DNA of 64,000 bases from a virus. Taxonomy: Duplodnaviria > Caudoviricetes. Below, one piece after another: positions 10,069 to 18,700 of this stretch (the stretch's first letter is position 1; each line of letters starts with the position of its first letter). The position numbers were made by a program, and so were the translations under genes. The notes under the pieces are model-generated. The model saw nothing but the letters and a program-made list of their open reading frames with translations. It did no database searches and was not told where the DNA came from. The stretch is taken from IMG/VR virus record IMGVR_UViG_3300031853_000025, positions 9,412 to 73,411 of that record; one strand, 5' to 3'.

Positions 10069-12480
10069 TTATTTGGCTTTAATATAAAACTGCGTGATTA
10101 AATAATTATAAGAAAATTCTGTACCATTACATCCATTATCAAATTTATATACTTCTGGTAATGCTACAGGCGTATTTGATTCAGTGGTTCTAACTAATCT
10201 AGTGAATACAGTATTTTGAATTTGATCTATTACAGCTGAATCACTATATGATAAATTTAGTTTTGCTGGAGATAGATCAGCGTAATTCTTAGTCAAAGCA
10301 ATCTTAGACTCTACAACGATTTCTGGTAAGTGAGCATTATCAATACTAAAATGGCATAACAGTCCATCACTTGTGCTCATGGAATTAATTATAGTCTTTA
10401 GACTAGTTGCTGAATCTTTAGTTAGATATATTGCTGGAGAGAATACTTCATATGTAGCAATATCTTTATAGTAAACGAAATTCATTCGTAAGAACTCTGT
10501 AGTCTTTTCTGTGTTTGTTACACTAGATAAAGCAGATAAAATTCTAGTTTTATCATCTACTGTATTTAAAGCTAGAATAAATTTATGAGTTGTATCTGTC
10601 TTAATCTTATTTAAAGTTTCTACATCTGGTACATGGTAAATGATTGGAGAATCTTTGATCTCATCATCTACGGAAACTGTGTCATAGGCAATTTTATAGT
10701 ATCCTTCGGTAGCGTTCTTTAGTTTATAAATAAAGCAGTCGCCTTTTTCTGTTGTACTATAAGTTCTTCCATAAACATAAAATTTATCATAAATATTATA
10801 TTCAGCATCTAATACTCCCATATATAATTTATTAGATATGGAATTCTTTTTACTATAATCAGAGTATGTGGCTTCTGTACTTGGGGTAATTACATTAGAT
10901 AGCTTATCTTTTCTAAGTGTTAAAGATTTTGCTTCCATCGTTCCAGCAGTTTGTTTATAAATAATTGGATCGTATGAAAGATCATCATCTTCTGATGTAT
11001 GAAAAATTGGATCATCTTCAAAACTTTCTTGGAAGAATTCTTCTTTTTTATCTAGTGTTTCATCACTTTCTGGGCCGTCTGGATTATAATCTGGATTTGG
11101 ATATTCTGTTACTTTAGTTAATTTATATGATGTACCGTCATGAGGATAAGACATATATGGATTTCCATATAATGAAAATACAGTATCAGCTGTTGGAAAA
11201 CCTGGCTGGAAAATTCCCTTAAAGTCATCTCTATATTTAGAAAATACTGAGTCTGTCATTATATATATTGATGCTTGGTCTTCATTAGTATTCTCTTTAT
11301 CTACATAAATTGCAGTTGGCTGATAATTCAGTATAGGGTAATAAAATGAGGATAGCTTATATGTATTAACCCCATATGGGTGAAATCCTGTAGCATCTGA
11401 TGCTGGGTATGCATCATCATATACTATTCCTAAAGGGATACCATCATCTGTAGTCTTATAATTTCTAGGTTCTACATTTGATAATTGAGGAAGTCTAAAT
11501 GTAGTAGATCCATCACCAGTAGAAAAGAAACCACAAGCCCCATTATATTGTAAATATGTACCCCATAAATCATCTGAAACAAGATATGTACCATTATCTG
11601 GGTCATTAATATAGTTCCATAGTTCTGGATAGTCGCTACGCTTTAATAAAGACCCATCAAGCTGTAAGAATCCCAATGCTCTAAGCTGAGCATCGGAATA
11701 AGAAGACAAAGAAAATTGTGGAAGAATAACTCCTACTGGATAAGGAGTCATTTTACTTCTAAAATATTTTTCAGCAATTTTACCTTTATTGTCACGATCA
11801 ATATTTGAAGTTTTATTTAGTTGAACCCACCCACGATCTTTATTATAATAAAACATATTTGAGCCTGAGTCAAATCTAATTTTATTTTCTACAATATCTA
11901 GTGAATCACTTACATAATAAGATGAAGCAATACAATAGTTTTTCATTGTTTTTACATTGACTGCTTGATTCTTATTATCTGTAGTAAAATCTTCAATAGT
12001 TCTTATCGTCGGTGCAGATGTAACCATTGGATCAGATGATTTCATAAAAAATGAAGTATCTTTACCATTTAAATGAAGTGATTCATTTGCATCTACATCA
12101 ACACGGCTTGGATTATCTCCATAAACAATATGACCATTTGAATCAATGGTTAAAACCATATAAGTCTTAGATGTATCTAATGAGTTATATTTTGGATGTG
12201 TGTATTTATTGGCATAATCTTCAATACTAGCTAATTTCTTTTTCTCTTTAGCTGTAAATAGTAATCCCTGTTGCTGAACTGCTTTAAGGGAATCCATTCT
12301 ATTCCATCTTTCTCTTTCTTCTTGAGTCAGATGGATTTCTTGATTATAAATGTGATCAAAAGATTCGTCTATTTCTTTTCGTAAAGAAATAGACAGCTCT
12401 TGCTCTGTGACTTTCTCTAATTGTGGTTGAGTTAGTATTCTTCGTGTATCACTATAAGAGTGTGCTTTATTATCTCCCAT
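10069..12480 (-). CDS. tail fibre protein with tail-collar domain (803 aa)
   Basis: N-module HIYNQEIHLTQEERERWN; collar motif PVGVILP...GFLQLDGSLLKRSDYPELW and FSTGDGSTTFRLPQL. Confidence 0.8.
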   Translation of the reverse strand: MGDNKAHSYSDTRRILTQPQLEKVTEQELSISLRKEIDESFDHIYNQEIHLTQEERERWNRMDSLKAVQQQGLLFTAKEKKKLASIEDYANKYTHPKYNSLDTSKTYMVLTIDSNGHIVYGDNPSRVDVDANESLHLNGKDTSFFMKSSDPMVTSAPTIRTIEDFTTDNKNQAVNVKTMKNYCIASSYYVSDSLDIVENKIRFDSGSNMFYYNKDRGWVQLNKTSNIDRDNKGKIAEKYFRSKMTPYPVGVILPQFSLSSYSDAQLRALGFLQLDGSLLKRSDYPELWNYINDPDNGTYLVSDDLWGTYLQYNGACGFFSTGDGSTTFRLPQLSNVEPRNYKTTDDGIPLGIVYDDAYPASDATGFHPYGVNTYKLSSFYYPILNYQPTAIYVDKENTNEDQASIYIMTDSVFSKYRDDFKGIFQPGFPTADTVFSLYGNPYMSYPHDGTSYKLTKVTEYPNPDYNPDGPESDETLDKKEEFFQESFEDDPIFHTSEDDDLSYDPIIYKQTAGTMEAKSLTLRKDKLSNVITPSTEATYSDYSKKNSISNKLYMGVLDAEYNIYDKFYVYGRTYSTTEKGDCFIYKLKNATEGYYKIAYDTVSVDDEIKDSPIIYHVPDVETLNKIKTDTTHKFILALNTVDDKTRILSALSSVTNTEKTTEFLRMNFVYYKDIATYEVFSPAIYLTKDSATSLKTIINSMSTSDGLLCHFSIDNAHLPEIVVESKIALTKNYADLSPAKLNLSYSDSAVIDQIQNTVFTRLVRTTESNTPVALPEVYKFDNGCNGTEFSYNYLITQFYIKAK

Positions 12481-12492
12481 TTATATCACCTC

Positions 12493-13560
12493 TTATTTTT
12501 CTTCAGTTAAAGCCACTGAATATTTTTTGCCACCGCTTAAGAGTTTAAGTTTTCCATCTTCTACATAAAGCTCAAAGTCTTTTGCTTTAAGATGGTTATT
12601 AGATACAGAAACTCCATTGGGGTCATCAGAATCAATAATTTTAATAGCTGGGTTCCATGTCTTATCTCCACTACGGAAATACATATCATTTCCAATAAAA
12701 ATAAATTCATAAGATGTTCCATCATCTGTAGCACGCATACCAAATACAGTTGCATACGTTTGATCAGCATGACGTTTTAAGATATCATCGCTTAATTGTA
12801 AAGACGATAGCTCTTTATAACCATAGAATTTAAAAAATGAAGCATAGTCACTTGGAATAGTATTTACATCTAATTTTTCATTTAATGCTAACTGAAAATA
12901 AGATGCTTCAGTAAATACTGAGTTCCATTTCTTCTTTTCGTCATAAGCACTTAATACATTTTTTGGGCCAATCCAAAAAAGATTCTTTAAATACGCTTTA
13001 TTATTATCTGGTTCTTCTTCTGATTTAGTATATGGATGCATATGGTTTAGATAGTAGCTGATATTAATAGCTTCCGTTTCCATAGCATTATCAGTTGGGG
13101 TTGGAATATTTACTTTGCCTAAGAATACGGGGTTTGCTAGTGTAGCATATTCTGCTGCTGCTTTATTACCTAGCTTATCTGCATTAGATACAGTAATATC
13201 TAAATGTGATGGGTTATAACCAGCAGTAACGTGTCCATATTTATTAACGTCGACTACAAGGAAGTTCCCACCGTTTTCACCTAGCTTATTATAAGTCGGA
13301 TGAATATAATTATTTGCGTGCTCTTCAATACCATCTAATTTGACTTTATCTCTCCAAGACATCATACCCTTTTTAGAATGGGTTGCTTCTGGATAGTCTA
13401 AAATTAAATTCCAATTTCTTCGTTCTTCTGCGGTAATATGTCGTACATTATCTGAAATATGAGCATAAGCCTGATTGATCTTTTGTTTTAAAGATAAAGA
13501 TAATTCATGCAGAGTTAGTTTATCTATCTCTGGATTATAAACCGGTTTAGAATCTGGCAT
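12493..13560 (-). CDS. tail fibre-like protein (355 aa)
   Basis: N-module HISDNVRHITAEERRNWN; GMMSWRDKVKLDGIEEHANNYIHP unit; C-terminal VFGMRA...MYFRSG segment typical of fibre tips. Confidence 0.75.
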   Translation of the reverse strand: MPDSKPVYNPEIDKLTLHELSLSLKQKINQAYAHISDNVRHITAEERRNWNLILDYPEATHSKKGMMSWRDKVKLDGIEEHANNYIHPTYNKLGENGGNFLVVDVNKYGHVTAGYNPSHLDITVSNADKLGNKAAAEYATLANPVFLGKVNIPTPTDNAMETEAINISYYLNHMHPYTKSEEEPDNNKAYLKNLFWIGPKNVLSAYDEKKKWNSVFTEASYFQLALNEKLDVNTIPSDYASFFKFYGYKELSSLQLSDDILKRHADQTYATVFGMRATDDGTSYEFIFIGNDMYFRSGDKTWNPAIKIIDSDDPNGVSVSNNHLKAKDFELYVEDGKLKLLSGGKKYSVALTEEK

Positions 13561-13592
13561 TTATTTTTACCTCCTATTGATTGGGATTAGAT

Positions 13593-13604
13593 TATAAATA
13601 TGTT
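13593..13604 (-). promoter_or_regulatory. late-type promoter AACA-N6-TA
   Basis: AACATATTTATA 33 nt upstream of ATG 13560, heading the fibre operon. Confidence 0.65.
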
Positions 13605-13645
13605 GCTGGGGGCATTTACGGCCGGTTATAGAGGATAAAGGCAAC

Positions 13646-13657
13646 AACTTACAAATA
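13646..13657 (+). promoter_or_regulatory. late-type promoter variant AACT-N6-TA
   Basis: AACTTACAAATA 25 nt upstream of ATG 13682. Confidence 0.35.
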
Positions 13658-13681
13658 ATTTTATTTCCTAGAGGTGGATAT

Positions 13682-13939
13682 ATGAAAATTTATAATGTAA
13701 GTTGGAATTTAGATGGATCTTATGAATTAGACGGTTCGTTAGATGAGTTATTCATTTTAAAAACATTTGATCCATTACAAATTAAGAATGGTGAAATAAT
13801 TCCATATAAAGTTATCGATAAATACGGAAAAATAAAAAAATATAAGCCTGATGTGGATTCAAATAATTTTCTTGCAGTTTTAGATTATAATACTCTTTAT
13901 ACACGTATGGGAGTTAGATGCCTACTTATACAACGTTGA
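13682..13939 (+). CDS. hypothetical protein (85 aa)
   Basis: ATG with AGAGGTGG RBS. Confidence 0.65.
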   Translation: MKIYNVSWNLDGSYELDGSLDELFILKTFDPLQIKNGEIIPYKVIDKYGKIKKYKPDVDSNNFLAVLDYNTLYTRMGVRCLLIQR

Positions 13940-14229
13940 CTGATTTTGCATCCAAGCATAATAAGATTAATTGTATTTATGCTATTGGAAATGAAGTTGG
14001 TATTCTTACATCTAAAATTCTTAATAAAGCATATATCGTTGGCTTCGGACCATATGGAATTATCAATGGTTTAGACGTATATAAATTCTATCCACTTGAA
14101 TCATCAATTAAAAAAGAAACTAGTGTAAATAATCTAGCAAGATGGTTTAAAGATAAATTACAACAACGCAAAATTGATAAGATGTCTGGTAAAGAATATC
14201 TCAATACGTATTTTGAATATATCAAATAA
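13918..14229 (+). CDS. hypothetical protein (103 aa)
   Basis: Overlaps the previous ORF by 22 nt; weak GGGAG RBS; followed by a terminator. Confidence 0.6.
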   Translation: MPTYTTLTDFASKHNKINCIYAIGNEVGILTSKILNKAYIVGFGPYGIINGLDVYKFYPLESSIKKETSVNNLARWFKDKLQQRKIDKMSGKEYLNTYFEYIK

Positions 14230-14240
14230 ACAAAAAATAA

Positions 14241-14266
14241 AGAGAAGAGTCAAAAGACTCTTCTCT
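14241..14266. terminator. bidirectional terminator
   Basis: AGAGAAGAGTC-AAAA-GACTCTTCTCT between convergent genes. Confidence 0.8.
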
Positions 14267-14281
14267 CATTATTGTGGCATA

Positions 14282-14614
14282 TCAGATGTGTCCCAAGGAC
14301 TTACATCCAATGATGCGTCCATTGCTGTCACGGACGCTTTCGTTAGGGATGAAAACATCCTCTCTCTCTGGCACCCTCTGCGCCACAAGCGATGACACAA
14401 TGAAAACCTTGCCATCTTCAGGCTCAGGCAGGTTTTCTACTTCACCAAACACGGTCTGCGTAACAGGGATGGTGCCTTCAGGGGTTACGATTTCTCCAAC
14501 TGCTTCGGTTTTTGACGACACTCGTGCAACCAAGCCGGACGGCTCGACTACAATTTTGCGGTCTCCAACTACGACGAAAACAATGGAGTGCGGTGTGAGA
14601 TTCATGATCTTCAT
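14282..14614 (-). CDS. conserved phage hypothetical protein, early cassette B (110 aa)
   Basis: NLTPH...EPSG.VARV...LPEPEDG...IVSSLVA...VRD..G.IIGC pattern recalled from a widespread viral family of unknown function; about 50% GC in the lines counted. Confidence 0.8.
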   Translation of the reverse strand: MKIMNLTPHSIVFVVVGDRKIVVEPSGLVARVSSKTEAVGEIVTPEGTIPVTQTVFGEVENLPEPEDGKVFIVSSLVAQRVPEREDVFIPNESVRDSNGRIIGCKSLGHI

Positions 14615-14711
14615 AATGTTCTCCTCTCTGGGATCATAGATATTTTTTTATATTGGATCCCAAAACCATGTAAGTATGGATACTATTTATCCATTCACGT
14701 ATATAATATAT
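14615..14711 (-). promoter_or_regulatory. early-type promoter plus structured leader (cassette B)
   Basis: ATATATTATATACGTGAATG at 14692-14711, ATGGATA/TATCCAT hairpin, TGGGATC...ATCTATGATCCCAGAGAGGAGA, then ATG. Confidence 0.75.
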
Positions 14712-14739
14712 AATTAGAAATCTTTATTATTCAACAAAT

Positions 14740-14769
14740 ATCCCCTATGGAGAATTCTCCATAGGGGAT
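14740..14769. terminator. perfect 30-nt palindrome / terminator
   Basis: ATCCCCTATGGAGAA|TTCTCCATAGGGGAT after the lysis genes. Confidence 0.8.
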
Positions 14770-14775
14770 TTATTT

Positions 14776-15057
14776 CTAATGATTATTAGTAGTATTATTT
14801 GTTGTAGATGAAGAAGTATTGGCAGCTTTAATATATCCGCCAAATACACCAGCAATAGTTGCTGATAATGTAGATTGATCCCAAATAATAGCTAGAATTA
14901 AGCCTACACCTAAAAAGGTAATAATAGCTGCATCTAATAAACTAATTGGGAAGAATCTAATCTTTTCATATGCACGTTTACCAGAATCAATAGAAATTGG
15001 TTTAAACATATCTGTTGGTGTTGGTTGTTTAATTTCGCTTTGTGGTTTATCTTCCAT
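14776..15057 (-). CDS. small two-TM holin candidate (93 aa)
   Basis: Two hydrophobic segments (AAIITFLGVGLILAIIW; ATIAGVFGGYI), directly downstream of the endolysin. Confidence 0.55.
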   Translation of the reverse strand: MEDKPQSEIKQPTPTDMFKPISIDSGKRAYEKIRFFPISLLDAAIITFLGVGLILAIIWDQSTLSATIAGVFGGYIKAANTSSSTTNNTTNNH

Positions 15058-15072
15058 AAGCTTTACCTCAAG

Positions 15073-15669
15073 TTAGGCATTGTCTTTCTGGTTCTTATAC
15101 CATAAAGCTTTGCCACGTAGTACATTACCACCAGTTGCAGGGTCATCATAGTCTGCTGTATAAACTGGGCTTTCATCCGTTCCAAGGAACTGGAGATCCC
15201 AACGTTCTACTGTAGATTGAGGGCCATAATCTTCATGAGCATAAAGACCATCCATATTATCAGCAGCTTCACCATGAGTCATTACATGCTTCATATCAAT
15301 ATTAAGCCAAAGTGCATCGGCTACTACCTGAATGCATTGAGCCATGGCTTCAATCTGCTTAGCTGTAGGTGGTTCATCACCGAGATCTTCTGAAGTTGCA
15401 CCAGCACAGCAGTCTAGGGTAATACCTACAGAACCACTATTGCGTCGCCAAGTGTGTGTAAGTACATCAGAGAGGTCATCAGTAGACACGAAGATACGGC
15501 CATCCTGGTCAATATTTACATGATAATCATCAAACTTCTGATGATAATGACCAGCAGTCCAATGAAGATAAATCTTCGGTTCGCGACCATAGTCTTGAGC
15601 TAAACTCCAGATTGCTTCTCTAGCATCTGAGGCCATTGTTGAAAGTTCTTCAAGTGTTACTTCTCGCAT
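15073..15669 (-). CDS. endolysin, N-acetylmuramoyl-L-alanine amidase (Amidase_2 type)
   Basis: IYLHWTAG, YHVNIDQDG, HTWRRNSGSVGI, PTAKQIEAM, VMTHGEA zinc-amidase motifs; catalytic domain only. Confidence 0.9.
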   Translation of the reverse strand: MREVTLEELSTMASDAREAIWSLAQDYGREPKIYLHWTAGHYHQKFDDYHVNIDQDGRIFVSTDDLSDVLTHTWRRNSGSVGITLDCCAGATSEDLGDEPPTAKQIEAMAQCIQVVADALWLNIDMKHVMTHGEAADNMDGLYAHEDYGPQSTVERWDLQFLGTDESPVYTADYDDPATGGNVLRGKALWYKNQKDNA

Positions 15670-15712
15670 ATATTTAATACCTCCATTTTTTCAAACAATA
15701 ATAAATAGGTCT

Positions 15713-15724
15713 TATTAGTGTGTT
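15713..15724 (-). promoter_or_regulatory. late-type promoter AACA-N6-TA (lysis genes)
   Basis: AACACACTAATA 44 nt upstream of ATG 15669. Confidence 0.65.
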
Positions 15725-15726
15725 AA

Positions 15727-15738
15727 AACATACTAGTA
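15727..15738 (+). promoter_or_regulatory. late-type promoter AACA-N6-TA (long fibre)
   Basis: AACATACTAGTA 29 nt upstream of ATG 15767. Confidence 0.65.
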
Positions 15739-15766
15739 ATCGAACGAAAGGAGGACTACATATCTT

Positions 15767-18700
15767 ATGATTAAATTCAATGATATCTTAGATAAGATAG
15801 GTATGAAAGAATTATCTGATGACCTTGTCGTAAAAATTAATAACGCAGGTCAAGCAGCTATTACTAAACTTAATGAGCATATTAATGATTCTACAGTTCA
15901 TGTAACTTCTACAGAAAAAGATAACTGGAATTCTAAAGCTCCAAACCATTCTCCTAATTTTACTGGTGAACCTACAGCTCCAACTACAGTACAATCCACT
16001 AATAATGATCAAATTGCTACAACTCGATATGTAACAGAAAAGATTAATGCTTGGGTTCCTGATGTAGCTAATGAAGCTAAAAAATTAGTTTCAAAAAATA
16101 ATTTCTCAATTAAAGGCGCTATTAATTCTTCTGTACAATCATTCGATGGTACAGGTAACGTTGTCTTAGTTGTGGATAATGTTCCGACTAAAAGTTTAGC
16201 TGGTGTAATTGATCCACTTAACTTAGATGGTACTTATAATATTAGTATTACTGGTACAGCTGGTTCTGCTAATAATGCTAGTAGCCTTGGTGGTGTATTA
16301 GCTAAAGATTTTGCTAAACTTGAAAGCCCTACATTTACTGGTAAACCTAAGGCTCCAACTGCTGAAGCTGGAGATTCCAGTATGCAAATTGCTAATACGA
16401 ATTATGTAACCAATGCTATTAATGCAATTCATTTCCCTGAAGATGTAAAGACCGCTGAAAAACTTAAGAATCCGGTCACATTTAAGATCTCTGGTAAGGT
16501 TATTTCAAATGAAGTAGTTTTCGATGGGTCTGAAAATGTAGATCTTAAAGTCACTACAGTTAATATCCAAGATCAACTAGATGCTTATATGCCAACCAAG
16601 GTTAATAACCATACAGTTGATTCTGACGTACCTGTAAATGCAGTTTTCACGGATACAGTTTATACTCACCCTGATACAGTACAAGACCTTACAGGTAAAT
16701 CCTATACTCAGGTTGTAGTTGACCGTCAAGGCCACGTAGTTTATGGTGCTAACCCAGATAATCTTGCTGTTAGTATCGCTGGTAATGCAGCTACAGCTAC
16801 AAAACTAGCAAATACATTTAAGATTAAATTAACTGGTGATGCTGTTACAACTGATGCCACTGGTGTAACCGATGGTCAAAACGATGCAACTCTAGCATTA
16901 GATTCTATCAATGCAAATGCTATTGCTACAGATAAAGATCATCGTCTTGTAACGGATGATGAAAAAGCAAATTATCTTGATAAATATACTAAAGCTGAAA
17001 TGGATGCAAAACTAGAAAAATTCAAATTAGATTCTGGTTTTGATATTATTGGTTCTTCTGATACTGAAGAAGATATTGCAACTGACTTTCCTCATCCAGT
17101 AGATGGCAATGTAGTTGTCGTTAAATCTACTGGGCTTTTATACCGTTTCAATGGTGTATCTTGGAGATGTATGGCAGAATATACATTAGTCACTAAGACT
17201 AAGAATGGTTTAATGTCTGCCGTAGATAAAGTTAAATTAGATGGTATCGAAGAAGGAGCTAATAACTATAAGCTTCCTGATAAATTACCAGCTTCTATGA
17301 TTACTGAAGATGAATCACGTAAATTTATTACCTTTGATGAAAAGACTAAGCTTGATAATCTTTATACTAAAGATCAGATTGACCAGCAAATTACAAGTGC
17401 AACTCCTGAAGCATCAGTAGATAAAGCTGGTCTTTTATCAGCGGCTGATAAGATTAAACTTGATAGCATTGAAACTGGTGCTAATAAATATGTATTGCCT
17501 AAGACTTTACCTGCATCTATTATGACAGAAGATGAAGAACATCGGTTCACTACAGATACAGAGAAAGCTTCTTATGCTGATAAATATACTAAAGTCGAAG
17601 TAAATACTTTAATTAGTAACGCTACACCATTAGCTTCTCATACAGTAAATGGTTTAATGCGTTCTACAGATAAAGTTAAATTAGATGGTATTGAAGAAGG
17701 GGCCAATAACTATACGCTTCCTGATGAACTACCAGCTAGTATGATTACTGAAGATGAAACGCATCAATTCGTTACATCTACTGATAAGACAGTATATGCT
17801 GATAAATTTACTAAAGCTGAGACAAGAGATGCTATTGCTAAGGCTACACCAATTGTAACCACTGGTACAGCAGGTCTTATGTCTGCTGCTGATAAAGCTA
17901 AATTAGATGGTATTGAAGCTAACGCTAATAAGTATGTATTACCATCTACTTTACCAGCTTCTATGATTACTGAAGATGTAAACCATCGTTTTGTAACCGA
18001 TCAAGATAAATCAGACTATGCTGATAAATATACTAAAGTCGAAGTCGAAGGACTTATTAATGCAGCTAAACCAGAAATCGTTACTAAAGAAGCTGCTGGT
18101 TTAATGAGTGCATCTGATAAAGCTAAGCTTGATGGTATTGAAGCCAATGCTAATAAGTATGTATTACCTAAGACATTACCAGCAACAATGATTACGGAAG
18201 ATAAAGATCATCGTTTTGTAACTGACTTAGAAAAGACTACATACTTAGATAAATATACTAAGAACGAAACAATTGACTTAATTGATGCAGCTAAACCTGG
18301 AGTAGTTACTCAGGAAATTAATGGTTTAATGTCTTCTACTGATAAAACTAAACTTGACGGTATTGCTGAAGGGGCTAATAACTATGTATTGCCTGACACA
18401 TTACCAGCATCTATGATTGTTCCAGATGAACAGCATCAATTTGTTAATTTAACAGAAAAAGCTTCTTATGCTGATAAATATACTAAGGCTGAAACACAGA
18501 ATTTGATTACCACTAGTATTCAAAATGCAAATACAGATGGTATGATTTGGCAGAAAGATGTAAACTCATTTAGTGATATTGCAACTACATATCCAGACCC
18601 CAAGAAGGGATGGACTGTTTCTGTAAACGATACAGGTAAGATTTATCGTTATAATGGTACAGAATGGGTTTCATTATCTGGTTCAGGTTCTACTTATCAA

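Noticed and set aside
13682-14229. Single frameshifted gene instead of two ORFs
   Set aside because: The second ORF has its own ATG with a GGGAG RBS and no slippery site is evident; cannot be decided without homologs.
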